Positions 12,300 to 25,067 of a DNA stretch of 64,000 bases are shown piece after piece (the stretch's first letter is position 1; each line of letters begins with the position of its first letter). The notes beneath the pieces were generated by a model. It saw nothing but the letters and a program-made list of their open reading frames with translations, was not told where the DNA came from and made no database searches. The position numbers and the translations under genes were made by a program. Origin of the DNA: Chiloscyllium plagiosum (Eukaryota); assembly GCF_004010195.1 (NCBI RefSeq), contig NC_057755.1, forward strand, positions 7,716,145-7,780,144, read 5' to 3'.

Positions 12300-13210
12300 T
12301 CAATTTCCCTCTGCTGAACTCTGCAAATACCATTTCCAAACACTTAGACACATACGGCCCGATCTCCCTCTGCTGGGGAGTTAAATGTTTTACATCATAT
12401 ACACACACAAACGAATGTTTTTCCCCCTCTGCCAGGGACTGTAAATATTTAACACACATACACAAACAACCATTATCTCCCTCTGCTGAGGACTGGAAAT
12501 GTTAAAGATGTTTAAACTCAGGATGTTTAGACAACCACCTGATGAAGGAGCAGCGCTCCGAGAACTAGTGCTTCCAGATAAACCTGTTGGTCTCTTACCT
12601 GGTGTTGTGTGATTTTTAACTTTGAACTCAGGGCAGTGTCAATTACAGCACACACACCACCAACAGCAATCTCCCTTCGTCACAGTCACAGTCACAGCTC
12701 AATGCCCCGTGCTGGAAATGTTTTACACACACACACACACACATATAGACACACACACACAGACTTCTCTCTGCTGGGGACTGGAAATGTTTTACACATA
12801 CACCCACACATCCACACACACACACACACATTTCTTTCTCTGCTGAGGACTGGAAATATTTTACACACACACACACTGACCTCTTTCTGCTGGAGACTGG
12901 AAATGTTACACACAGACACACACTCATATCCACACACACAGGCACACAGACACACACACACACCGACGTATCTCTGCTGTGGACTGGAAATGTGTTTTAC
13001 ACACACACACACACACACACACAGACCTCTCTCTGCTGTGGACTGGAAATGTGTTACACACACACACACACACACAAACACACATAGACACACACACACA
13101 GACACACACACACAGACCTCTTTCTGCTGGAGACTGGAAATGTTACACACAGACACACACTCACACCCACACACACAGACCTCTCTCTGCTGTGGACTGG
13201 AAATGTGTTC
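12300..13210. repeat. Compound minisatellite: ~25-30 bp core tctctctgctgnggactggaaatgt separated by variable (CA)n
   Basis: About 12 core copies, e.g. near 12476, 12764, 12833, 12879, 12969, 13025, 13116, 13179. Confidence 0.9.
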
Positions 13211-13893
13211 CCACAATATGAGGGATTGTGAACGGCATCTAATGATCTCATTCACACCAAATTTCAATATGTTGGGAATAATTTAAGAACAACAGCACAA
13301 CTGGACAAAAATCTCATCGTAGGAATAGCAGACACTGAGGTTTTACAGCTTTGGACTGCTGGAATGGAACAGCAATATGATAACACTACACATATGAGAA
13401 GAGATTTAACAGCACTCCAAGATGAGAGAGCAGTTAGCACTGTAGATGAACAATGTATAGACTGGCTGACTGGAAACTCCAGTGCTTACAAGGGCAACGT
13501 AGCAAATATGCTGAATCTGATAGAGTATTGGATACTCCATTTCCGCAGGCAATGCTAGTTTCTGCTGGAACCCCACACTCCAGCAGTTGTACATAGCTGA
13601 TTGCTCTCAATGGTCTGGTTTAATAAAGAGGTAAGTCTGCATAGAGAGTTACAGTCCTGATCATTCCTCTTACTTACACTTACCTGATCGAACAAATTGT
13701 ATCTAGTGTTTTAATTTTAATTTACCTATTGTACAAATATAAAAGCTCAACATATCAAAAGCAACAGTTTGAGAGCATTATCTTTATCGGGCCTATCTCA
13801 ACATATATTCAAATATATCCAGAAACTGCTCAGAGCTGTTCTGGTGACAATCTGGCTTCCTTTTAAAATCCTATTGCACAATGGGAATCCATG

Positions 13894-13989
13894 CTATAAA
13901 GTTGTTTGAGATATTACATTGCTGTAGGTGGTGTCTTGGTGTGTTGGCATTTGAGAGGTGCTTTCCTGATCAGTAGATTTACTTCGAGG
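13894..13989 (-). CDS. MS4A: MS4A-family gene, last coding exon (cytoplasmic tail PRSKSTDQESTSQMPTHQDTTYSNVISQTTL*)
   Basis: Acceptor ttctctgtcag, phase 0, TAG at 13896-13894; ATTAAA candidates near 13710-13721 on minus strand. Confidence 0.7.
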   Translation of the reverse strand, partial: PRSKSTDQESTSQMPTHQDTTYSNVISQTTL

Positions 13990-14086
13990 CTGACAGAGAA
14001 ATCAGAACTCATATCAAAAAAGTGAACAAGAGGGTAGCGAAAGAAATGTAGTAAATATTTCTGCCAATGTACAATCTGCATGATCC

Positions 14087-14333
14087 AAGTCAAGATTAGA
14101 GTGGTGCTGGAAAAGCACAGCAGGTCAGGCAGCATCCGAGGAGCAGGACAATAGATGTTTTGGGCAGGACCTTCATCAGGAACGAGCGTGTGTAACGTTT
14201 TCAGTGATGAAGGGCTCCTGCCCAAAATGTTGATTTTCCTGCTCCTCAGGTGCTGCCTGACCTGCTATGATTTTCCAGCACCACTCTTAATCTTGACTCT
14301 GATCTCCAGCATCTGCAGTCCTCACTTTCGCCT
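14087..14333. mobile_element. Palindromic hammerhead family A element in MS4A last intron
   Basis: 14-bp duplication aatctgcatgatcc (14073-14086 / 14334-14347); (c/g)tgatgaagg..aaa motifs in both arms. Confidence 0.8.
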
Positions 14334-14786
14334 AATCTGCATGATCCCTCGACCGAGAACAATAAACTCCCACCTCTTCTGTTCCTCAAGGGACTGGCAT
14401 GTGCCAGTTGCCAGCCCTGGATTTCTAATGAGTCCTTATTTCAATGATATATTGCTGTGAGTTTGAGCACAATCCCTACTAGTGCAATTCAGTGCAATTT
14501 GGGAACTTCGATCCATCATTCATTTCAATTCTCCTTCACACACCCAGATGGGCAGCAACTCTTTCACATGGAAGCTCAACTCTTGTGGTGCACAATACAG
14601 AGAGTTATCAGACCAGCCATTTGTGGAATCTCCTCTGTGCAGTGCTGGGTTGGTCAAAACAAAACTAAATATCAATCCCTCTGCAGAATATCTAGCTATT
14701 TCAAATTCACCAAGTTGGTTGAGCTGCATTTTTGGACATCATCGCAAGTAATATCGAGGGGGAAGCAAGGATTTGTAATGACTAAC

Positions 14787-14912
14787 CTTATTGTGCTGTG
14801 TCTTCGATTTGTTGCTTACTATGGGGCATCCAAAAATTAAAATGATAATCGATATGACGAGCTCCAGAAATGCAAGGAGGAAGAGGGCGATGATGAGACC
14901 TAAGCGATATCT
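14787..14912 (-). CDS. MS4A: MS4A-family gene, TM4 exon (RYRLGLIIALFLLAFLELVISIIILIFGCPIVSNKSKTQHNK)
   Basis: ctccacag acceptor, gttagt donor, 126 bp, phase 0-0; LLxxLExxIS..FGC is the MS4A TM4 signature. Confidence 0.88.
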
Positions 14913-15975
14913 CTGTGGAGAAGCAGCAAGAATATGTTAAAGGCATTTTGAACCAAGTTGCATTTTCCAAGTCTATCAATTGTATGCCCAGAGACAAGGA
15001 AATTGATCTAGACACCCAAAGTGAGCTTTCAGTTGGTGGAACATTACATTTGATGCAATGGGAGTTAAAGGGATTTTGCACATCCTTTGTCACTGACATA
15101 GGAACAAGTCAATTTCACTGCCATGATATCCAACTGAAAAGGAAACCCAAGTCACTGGGTAATGGGGAGCTGTGAGGAAGAGTGAAGGAAACAGTGGATT
15201 AGGATGTGAAGCAAAGGGTCAGAGAATGTGAGGATGGTCCAGTGGCACATTAATTAGCACCGTTGCCTCGCAGTACTAAGGACCTGAATTCAATTTCACA
15301 CTTGGGCAACTGTCTGCCTGGAGTTTGCTGTACTCCCTGTTTCTGCATGGGTGCCCTCTCACAGTCCAAAGATTTTCAGGTTAGGTGGATTGGCCCATAG
15401 TACCCAGGGATGTGCATCTGGATCTCCAGCATCTGCAGTCCCCACCTCTGCCCAAGGATGTGCAGGCTGGCTGTGTTAGCCATGGGGAAATGCAGGGCCA
15501 CAGGATTGGGCAAGGGTCAGTGGTAATCTCGATATACCATATAGTCTGCTTCCACACTATAGGAATTGTATGTACATTGGCAGTTCCACCTAAGAACTCC
15601 ATGTGAATGCTTAAATTACATTTAAAATTAGAACCTCTTTCCTGTTTCTCCCCCCATATTCTGTAAGATTGAGATTATCAATGTAATTCAGTCATTAAGA
15701 TACCAATCAAGAAAGGTCTTTCAACTCTTCATGTTGTCATAATGTGATTTTTCTTAATTTTCACTTCTTCTGGAAAGGGATTGTGGGGCTAATCTGACAT
15801 GTACATGGGGTAAGAATGTGTGTCTGAAAAGATATTGTGAGGGAGATGAACATCAATTACAACGTGTCAAACACACAGCATAAGCTCCCCATTGACCCGA
15901 TACCATAAACCACTCAAATTGACCCATTTTTAAAAACAAAGATCGTGTAAATAAAGAATTAAGTTTCGTACTTAC

Positions 15976-16122
15976 AGCCAAAGCAATGGACCAAGAATCA
16001 CAAATATTTCCCGAATAGCAGACAATATCTGTTGTCCAAACGTGCAAATTCATGGAAACCTGGATGACACTTGCGACAGCAACAAGGGCACTGACTGTAT
16101 TCATGATCAGGTAAGCCACAAA
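15976..16122 (-). CDS. MS4A: MS4A-family gene, TM3 plus extracellular loop exon (FVAYLIMNTVSALVAVASVIQVSMNLHVWTTDIVCYSGNICDSWSIALA)
   Basis: tttttcttccaag acceptor, gtaagt donor, 147 bp; LxMNxxSAxxA TM3 signature; two loop cysteines. Confidence 0.88.
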
Positions 16123-16844
16123 CTTGGAAGAAAAAGCAATGTTTAATTCAGACATCTGTAACTGTTGATAATATCATAATGCTGCAAGCGTATTACATTG
16201 ACATTGGGGAAGGCATTTGACACATTTTTAAGACATGTTCATGGGATGTGGGGTGTCACTCAGTCTGTTGTTAACATCCATCTCTAATTACCCAGAAGGT
16301 AGTTGGGAGTCACGTGTAGGTCAAATCAGCTAAGCCTGGCACTTTTCCTTTTCAAAAGGATATTGTTGAACCAGTTTGGATTTTACAACAATGGCCAATG
16401 GTGACATTTTTCTTCCAGATTTTTTAAAATTCAAATTTTACAATGTGCCATGATGGATTCAAACTCATAACCACAGATCATAGGTTTCAGAGTCTACATC
16501 ACAAATCACAGTGACACTCAGCCCAGTGACAGTGCAGCTTAGATTGGTTAAATAGTTAAACCCTGTCACTAATTTCTAACATTTCAGGACCCACTCAATA
16601 CGCGTTATGATTAAAACTTCTGATAATTCCCCATTTATCTACTGTTTTAAAAGGAAGCAATCACAAACTGCCCAGAGCGCAGAACAACCTTAAATCTCTT
16701 CATGTTGAGGTGATTATTCTCTACATTCTCTGTTCTGAAATACCTCCTTAACTTTGAGCCTGAGGAAGCAGATGGCAATGATTGTCACTTCTGTAACTCA
16801 TGTTTGATTCTAACCATGTAATCTTTCCTTCACAATTAAAAAAA

Positions 16845-17200
16845 CCCCAGAAATTGCTGGAGAAACTCTTCAGGTCTAGCAGAATCTGTGGAGAGTAAGC
16901 AGAGTTAACATCGAACATAGAAAATGTTTTTTGCTTTGACTATAATAAGAAAAAGGTTGGTATATATGCTGACGATGGGGGCATGGGAGAGGAGGAGTAA
17001 GCAACAGGTGGAGATGGAGCTCAAGAAGAGAGAATAAAGTTGAACAGACAAAGAATGGCTTATGGTCAGCCTGGAAGAATAACTAGTTTCTAATGGGGAC
17101 CAATAGTGCCTGACAATGGGTTGTTTCAGGTAGCAGCCTATGTGACAACAAGGCCTGGTGTTGGACTAGAAAAGTGGACAAGGCCAGTCATCATTGTCAG
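16845..17200 (-). mobile_element. Penelope-like 3' UTR fragment
   Basis: Shares gaaattgctggagaaact..caggtct terminus and purine-rich body with other PLE ends in the window. Confidence 0.5.
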
Positions 17201-17205
17201 ACTGT

Positions 17206-17545
17206 GGAAGCGATGGCCTAATGGTATGATTGCATGGACTGTTAACCCAGAGACCTGGGTTCAGAGACCTGGGTTCAAATCCCTCCACGGCCGATGATGG
17301 GATTTGAATTCAATAAAAATCTGGAATTAAGAGTTAATGGTAACCATGAAACCATTATCAATTGTTGGGTTCACTAATGCCTGTTAGGGAAGGAAACTGT
17401 TGTCTGGCCTCGAAGTGATTCCAAAACTGCACTATGTTGACGCTAATTTCACTCTGAAACAGCTTCACAATCCATTCAGGTCAAAGACAGAAAGGAAATA
17501 AATGCCAGCATTACCAGTGACATCCCACATCCCTGACAAGATGTC
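17206..17545 (+). mobile_element. tRNA-derived SINE of a second family (other copies ~16200-16510 and ~31750-32135, minus)
   Basis: tggcctaatggt A box, gggttcaaatccc B box; shared gggttcactaatg..agggaaggaaactg body. Confidence 0.7.
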
Positions 17546-19234
17546 TTAAAAAGTTATGAAACAATCTGTTTGCCATCATTATGATCCACACACTGTCGAA
17601 CCCAAAATAAAAACAAAATATGTCCACTGTCATGCTGGTAGTGATAAATATTTACAATAATTGGGTAGAAATTAGGAGAGCATGACTTTTTCCCCCACTG
17701 AGAGGAGGAGCTGGAATCTGCAATGCAATGACTTTAAATTGGTGAAAAGACACAGAGCAGACAGATTCAGTCTTATCTTTTGAAGCGACTCTTAACCCCT
17801 AATCAGATAGCTGCTTGGTAAAAGGAAAAATGAGTCATTGCTTTGCACATTCAAAGAAATAGCACAGAAATTTGTGCTATTTGAGTTTCATAGATTGGAG
17901 ATTCGATTGTGTCGAGTAAAAGATAATCTCAAGAGGAAACTGTTCAAGCTCTGTGAAGTCAGGCTGATCATTACAATGATGTTGCAGTACAAAGTTGCAC
18001 ATACAAATATCCATCTTGGAGATGAAGCTTCATCCAACGCAAGAAGCAATTGCATCAAATGTTTGGAATGGCTGCCACTACCACGTTATTGGTAGTGGAA
18101 TGACCTTGTGATGGAAGATAAGGTAGCTGATTTGTACTGGCCATTTTATTTGGAAGAATGCAGTACATGAAGTAGCATAGGCCTTAGCACGCTATCAATA
18201 AAGCATTCTGCTAAACTAGTCCATGCTAACTGGCATTCTCCTGCTATAGTTAATCCCCTAAGTGTCAACATTGTTTTCTTTTCATTACACTCTCAAGAGC
18301 TTCTCCAATTTCCAGTTAAATGCGTTCATTGAGGAATTAGAAAAGAACTTGAAGAGAAAGAACACAGAAATTTTGAAGGGAAAAGGAGTGAGGAGGTCAT
18401 TCTATCAATTCCACCTTCCAAATACGATGGCAAAATAGCCTTGGATATGATCTTTCCTGATCATTGGCTCATTGTAAATCTTAAGGCTAGTTTTAATTCA
18501 CATATTAACCAGTTATTATGAGTGATTTGAGGCAAAGCTATATCCATGCAACACACATCTACGAGTCTGTTGCCATGTGCTTGTAGATTGGGAAATTAAG
18601 GTTTCAGCTTTCTCTAATTGTAGAGGGGACAGTGCTAGAAGATTATCCACTGGGAGACATTTGAGCCTTTCAAGAGATCAATGAATGTCCATTTCCTGAA
18701 CCTGCTGTGGAAACCTTCCAAATGCTGGCTGCCTTCCTTAATTCGGGTTGGTTGATGTCAGCCACTATTTTAGGAACTGCTGGCAACCCTCTGTCCCCTG
18801 TCACAGTATCATCTCTCAGCTCTGGTATCTGCAGTTGATCCTATGCTGCCTTCCTAAAGCCAGCCCATGGCATCAGGTCCCCGATCGCACGTTATCTGAT
18901 TGCTGGTGGATTGAAAAACCTACTCACTCTCTATTTTCCCCTTGCGCCTGAGATTTAATAACACAGCACGTCCATTTGCTCTGCCTGTCCATGATGTTGG
19001 TCTCAACCTAATCCCCACCTCAGCAAAAACACAATTATCATCAATTCATAGCACAAGTAAAGTATTTTGTTAAGTGTGAGGTGTTCTCGGCACTCCTCAA
19101 CGATTCCCAAATGGAAAGATTTTCTACGTGTGCTCAATTAAAAACCTCATTCATCGATTCACAATTGATGCTTACTGACTGTCCTCGATACATAGAGTGC
19201 TGGAGTCATGGAGCTGTGCTGCATGGAAATGGGT

Positions 19235-19590
19235 TGGCACGGTGGCTCAGTGGTTAGCACTACTGCCTCACAGTGCCAGGGACACGGGTTTGAATCCAAC
19301 CTCAGGCCCCCCTTGTGTGGAGTTTGCATATTCTCCCTGTGTCCTGGGTTTTCTCTGGGTGCTCCGGTTTCCTCCCACAATCCAAAGATGTGCAGGTTAA
19401 GTGAGTTGGCCATGCTAAATTGCCCATAGTATTCAAGGATATGTAGGTTAGGTGCATTAGTCAGGGATTAAAATATGATAATAGGAGAGGGAAATGGGTC
19501 TGGGTGGGTTACTCTTCAGAGGGTTGGTATGAACCTGTCGGGCAGAAGGGCCTGGTTCCACACTGTAGTGATTCTATTCTATTCTATAGT
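19235..19590 (+). mobile_element. HE1-type SINE
   Basis: ggcacggtggctcagtggttagcac..gggtttgaatcc, tgtgtggagtttgca core, (attct)n tail. Confidence 0.9.
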
Positions 19591-20014
19591 TACAGACCCT
19601 TTGATCCGACTTGTCCATGCCGACCAGATATCCTAAATTAATCTCCTCCCATTTGCCAGCACTTGTCCCATATCCCTCTTACCCTTCCTTACTAATGTAC
19701 TCATCCAGATGCCTTTTAAATTTTGTAATTGTACCAGAGTCCACCACTTCCTCTGGCAGCTCATTCCATACATGCACTATCCAGTGAAAAAGATGCCCCT
19801 TAGGTCTCTTTTAAATCTTCCCCCTCTCATCCTAAACCAATGCCCTCTAGTTTTGGACTTCCCTACCCTGGATAAAAGACCTTGGCTATTCACCCTATCC
19901 ATGCCCCTCAAAATTTTATTAACCATCATCAAATTTACTTGGACCACCTCAGGTGGAATCAATCTCAACTTTGCTTGTTTTACAGAAACTCTTCACCTTC
20001 CTGTCTGCTGCTGA

Positions 20015-21467
20015 ATTATTTGTGTCATCGATAGTCACAGGTGAGATGCCAGAAGACTGGAGGTTGACTCATGTGGTGCCACTGTTTAAGAAGGGTGGTA
20101 AGGACAAGCCTGGGAACTATAGACCAGTGAGCCTGACATTGGTGGTGGGCAAGTTGTTGGAGGGAGTCCTGAGGGACAGGATGTACATGTATTTGGAAAG
20201 GCAAGGACTGATTAGGGATAGTCAACATGGCTTTGTGTGTGGGAAATCATGTCTCACAAACTTGATTGAGTTTTTTGAAAAAGTAACAAAGAGGATTGAT
20301 GAGGGCAGAGCAGTAGATGTGATCTATATGGACTTCAGTGAGGCATTCGACAAGGTTCCCCATGGGAGACTAGTTAGCAAGGTTAAATCCCACAGAATAC
20401 AGGGAGAACTAGCCATTTGGATACAGGACTGGCTGAAAGGTAGAAGACAGAGGGTGGTGGTGGAGAGTTGTTTTTCAGACTGGAAGCCTGTGACCAGTGG
20501 AGTGCCACAAGGATCAGTGCTGGCTCCCACTTTTTGTTATAAATGCTTTGGATGTAAGCATAAGAGGTACAGTTAGTAAGTTTGCAGATGACACCAAAAT
20601 TGGAGGTGTAGTGGACAGCGAAGAGGGTTACCTCAGATTACAGCAGGATCTGGACCAGATGGGCCGATGGTCTAAGAAGTGGCAGATGGAGTTTAATTCA
20701 GAAAAATGTGAGGTGCTGCATTTTGGGAAAGCAAATCTTAGCAGGACTTATACACTTAATGGTAAGGTCATAGGGAGTGTTGCAGAACAAAGAGACCTTT
20801 GAGTGCAGGTTCATAGCTCCTTGAAAGTGGAGTTGCAGGTAGATAGGATAGTGCAGAAAGCTTTTGGTATGCTTTCTTTTATTGGTCAGAGTATTGAGTA
20901 CAGGAGTTGGGAGGTCATGTTGCAGCTGTACAGGACATTGGTTAGGTCACTGTTGGAAAGATGTTGTGAAACTTGAAAGGGTTCAGAAAAGATTCACAAG
21001 GATGTTGCCAGGGTTGGAGGATTTGTGCTACAGGGAGAGGCTAAACAGGCTGGGGCCATTTTCCCTGGAGAATCGAAGGCTGAGGGGTGACCTTCTCGAG
21101 GTTTATAAAATTATGAGGGGCATGGATATGATAAATAGATAAAGTCTTTTCCCTGGTGTTGGGGAGTCCAGAACTAGAGGGCATAGGTTTAGGGTGAGAG
21201 GGGAAAGATATAAGAGAAACCTAAGGGGCAATTTTTTTCACACAGCATGTGGTACGTGTATGGAATGAGCTGCCCGAGGAAGTGGTGGAGACTGGTATAA
21301 TTGCAACATTTAAGAGGCATCTTGATGGGTATGTGAACAGGACGGGTTTGGAGGGATATGGGCCAGGTGCTGGCAGGTGGGACTAGATTGGGTTGGGATA
21401 TCTGGTCGGCATGGACGGGTTGGAACGAAGGGTCTGTTTCCATGCTGTACATCTCTATGACTCTATA
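20015..21467 (+). mobile_element. CR1 LINE, longest RT fragment in the window (inverted CR1 3' piece at ~19590-19930)
   Basis: [55 protein letters not shown]. Confidence 0.95.
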
Positions 21468-22009
21468 ACTATTCCATTGTATTGTTTGGCTTGAGAATAC
21501 TTTTTGGAAAACCTGTTTCCATAAAGCACCTGAACAGTACAACAGAGAATGATTCCCTTTTGAAAAATGAGCTTCTCTCTGCTTCATGACTTCTGAATGT
21601 TAAAAGCCTTGCAAGGTAATATGCATTCAGAGATATAGGCGTTCATGCAATTCCATTCTAAGTCATTTGACACAATACGTTGAAGCCAGCATTCTGTCTA
21701 TGATGTGTAACTCTGTGCCAGTGAATATCCTGACCATTGAGCAATCCGCCAAATTTCCTTTTCCACTGAAGTCAGTTGAAATGAAACTTGGTCGCAAGAA
21801 AAAGCAGGTTGCTACTGTGCAAATTACCATTTTTAACGACTGTCAAATGTCAAGGTTAACCACATTTATGCGCGCCTAAACTAATCAATAGGATGTGACT
21901 TCACAACTCTCCATATAATGTATCTAGTAACCAGAACTTCAAACTCAATCATCTTTCCCAGCTTTTCAGTTCATTATTCAAATGGAAAACACATATGGTG
22001 GTTACTTAC

Positions 22010-22066
22010 CCGAACAGTAGATATTGTCTTTTCCACAGTATGCCATATAAACCCACAAAGTACAAA
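22010..22066 (-). CDS. MS4A: MS4A-family gene, 57-bp TM2 exon (FVLCGFIWHTVEKTISTVR)
   Basis: tctttttcag acceptor, gtaagt donor; 19-codon phase-0 exon matching the MS4A FIISGSLSIAAEK-type exon in size and pattern. Confidence 0.85.
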
Positions 22067-22189
22067 CTGAAAAAGACAATTGAATTTCTGGTAATGAGAC
22101 CTGTCTCTGATGACAACAATTTGCTTGATAGTCCTATCGAACAGGGACCGAGAGATTCAGGTACATAATACTTTGAAATTTGTATCACA

Positions 22190-23138
22190 GTTACGAAGGT
22201 GTTTAACATGCTTGCCTTTAATGCTCAGACCTTTGAGTCTAGGAGTCAGGACATCATGTTAAGATTATATAGAACATTGGTGAGGCCTCTTCTAGATTAT
22301 TGTGTGCAGTTCTGGTCACCCAGCTAGAGAAAGGATATTGTTAAATTGGAGAGAGTTCAAAAAGTATTTATTAGGACGTTGCCAGGAATGGGAGGTTTGA
22401 GTTATAAGGAGAGACTGGATAGACTGGGACTTTTTCACTGGAGCATGGGAGGTTGAGGGGTGACCTTATACAGGTTTATAAAGTTATGAGGGACTTAGAT
22501 AAGGTAAATAGCAAAGGTCTTTTCCCCAGGGTTCGAGAGTTTAAAACTGGGAGATATATATTTAAGGTGAGAGGAGAAAGTTTTAAAAAGGATATGAGGG
22601 GCAAGGTTTTTTTAACACAGAGAGTGGTTTGTGTGTAGAATGAACTTCCAGTGGAAATGACAGATGCAGGTTACAACATTTAAAAGACTTTCGGATAAGT
22701 ACATCAATAGGAAAGGTTTGGAGGGATTGGAACAAACGGAGGCAAATGGAACTAGTTTAATTTGGGAACATGGTCAGTGTGGACTAGTTGAACCAAAAGG
22801 TCTGTTTCCATGCTGCATAACTCTATAACCAATTAGATTACCTACAGCATGAAAACAGGCTATTTGACCCAACAAGTCCTCACTGACCCTCTGAAGAGGA
22901 GCACACCCAGCACCATTGCCCTACCCTATATTTACCCCTGACTAATACAGCTAACACTATGAGCAATTTAGAATGGCAAATTCATCTGACCTGCAGATCT
23001 TTGGATTCTGGGAGAAAACCATGCAGACATAGGGAGAATGTGCAAACTCCACACAGACCATTACCCAAGGCAGGAATTGAACTCAGGTCCTGGTGCTGTC
23101 AGGCAGCAGTGCTAACCACTGAGCCACCGTGCCACCCC
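22190..23138. mobile_element. CR1 3' fragment (+, ~22190-22830) and HE1 SINE (-, ~22832-23138)
   Basis: CR1 motifs LRGDLIQVYKVMR; SINE boxes on minus strand. Confidence 0.85.
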
Positions 23139-24495
23139 TTGATACATGAATGCAACAAAATGGTGATTGGCAGTAAGTCTTTGGTATCTGCACTTTGTTC
23201 CCAATTTCTTTCTATTCATTTTTATCTATCAGTAAAATGTATGGAGCAAAAGCTAACCAAGCATGTATATTTGTTGGCGTGCTTCTGTCTGATTAGAATG
23301 CTGTCCAAGGATATCAAAAACAGATAAACCTTTGGTGGATTTGCATCAACATGGACTTGAAGAAATGGAAAAGAGCATTTTGTAAATGGTCAGATGTTAT
23401 GCAGAACGTAACTGTAGAGAGAGTCAGGCATCGATTTGGGGAATTACTCATATGTGGCCATAGAATGTTCATATTCATTTGCCCTTTGGAATTAAAAGTG
23501 CAAATGATAACTTAGGGAGTGAAAACAACTTTTCAGTTATAGCAATGTTGAGCAAAACTGAAAATAGCGCAAAGGCCCCTTTAATATACTTGCAGAATGT
23601 GAGGTGGAATAACATGCTGTATTGAATTTACTGAAATAGTGTACACCTCAGTGGGAGTCATATGGTGCATGTACAGATTTAGAGATATTGTTTTTTATAG
23701 TGCAGAAAAGAATAGATACTTTGTTGTAAAAATTCACCAAATTTTAGTTTAATACAGCAACAGAAATGTAAATACCGTCAAAGCATTTATATATTGAGGA
23801 CTATATTTGTTTCTTAAAAAAACTTGGTTCACTAAATATCAAACAGTATACATATTATCATTATATATTATACTTTGAAATATAGATAGCTTTATATCTG
23901 TATACTTAACAAAAAAATCTTTAGCAGGGCTTGAGGGAATTTGTAAATCACTTCAAGGTATGAAAGTGCATTCCTGTTTGAAAAGCCAAAGCGATTGAGT
24001 CCCTATTCTTTACAACAACAAAAAATGACTGAGTGGTGACTTATAACTATGCAGGAAAACATTCAAACGGTTCAGTAGGAAAGAAAAAGACATCAATAAG
24101 GAGTCTCCACAAGTGGAGAGTCCAACGGAAGTAGGTCTGAATCTAACAATTGTTCTAATCAATCCAAAGGATGTGTGGGGAATCACGCTTTAATCTAATA
24201 ATAGTGAGAATGTGAGAAATAGAATCATTTTGATGAACAGATTTAACATATCTGATCTGTTACCCATTCTAAGTTGAGGTTTTGCCTTTTATACATTAAT
24301 GTCCAGCTTCAAGATGAAATAATGCCAATAACAGATTAAGAATGGTAAACTTTCCATGCAAAAGAATGTTGGGCAAAACATCCTCTTCTTAGGAGTTGAG
24401 GAGGAGTGAATAGCTTCCAAAATGGCATTGAGTACATTGGATGTGTACATACATTGTGTACATACATTGGATGAGTACATTGGATGTGTACATAC

Positions 24496-24606
24496 CGACA
24501 GGCCGATCCACCACTGGATTCTGTACTTCCCTTCCATTGACACAGGTCGCAGAATTAATGGCGTCCAGCAGATTATAAAAAATACTCCCAACACAATCTG
24601 AGCAAA
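24496..24606 (-). CDS. MS4A: MS4A-family gene, TM1 exon (FAQIVLGVFFIICWTPLILRPVSMEGKYRIQWWIGLS)
   Basis: ttccttctgtttag acceptor, gtatgt donor, 111 bp; xxQIxxG start and WxG end typical of MS4A. Confidence 0.85.
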
Positions 24607-25067
24607 CTAAACAGAAGGAATATCACATTGTGCTATCACCATATATTATTCAAATTCAAACGAAGTCTCTCTGGGTTGGAGAGATGGAAAGGTGATGGAA
24701 ATGAAATTGAAGAAAGTAACAATGCAAGTAAAACCACTTTGAAATGTGAAGATGATATTTGGGTTATATCCAATGCGTGGTGGTCTCCAACATTGAATCC
24801 CCTCAACACTGAAAGACTTCGTGTATACTTTTCAGGCATATTGCAGTAATTTGTCAAGATGCTATCGACAGTATGTATTGGACCTTTCATCCATCAGTCA
24901 GAAGGACAAGAGCAACTAATATATGGAAAATATATGATTTCCAGTCGAGCACTGAGTCAGGCAGACTCATTAAATATTATATATTATCAAGCAATGGATA
25001 TATGATCATTATATATTATGCGTTATCAATTAGGGGATATAGGTTCACTATATATTCTCAAAAAGTA

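Noticed and set aside
12300..13210. CRISPR array
   Set aside because: Spacers are (CA)n microsatellites rather than unique sequence; no cas genes; eukaryotic context
12609..13286. His/Thr-rich and Cys/Val-rich ORFs of up to 225 aa
   Set aside because: Translation of (CA)n repeats
19235..19310. tRNA genes (here and at other A/B-box sites)
   Set aside because: These are tRNA-derived SINE heads followed by SINE core and tail
19953..21142. Functional reverse transcriptase gene
   Set aside because: 5'-truncated, frameshifted CR1 copy with stop codons
22010..22066. Kazal-like reading CTLWVYMAYCGKDNIYC in an alternative frame
   Set aside because: The phase-0 frame completes a coherent MS4A protein; cysteine spacing is incomplete for a Kazal domain
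24289..24594. GPCR TM6-like peptide LGVFFIICWTP
   Set aside because: No other GPCR helices nearby on that strand; the exon fits MS4A TM1 in phase, size and motif
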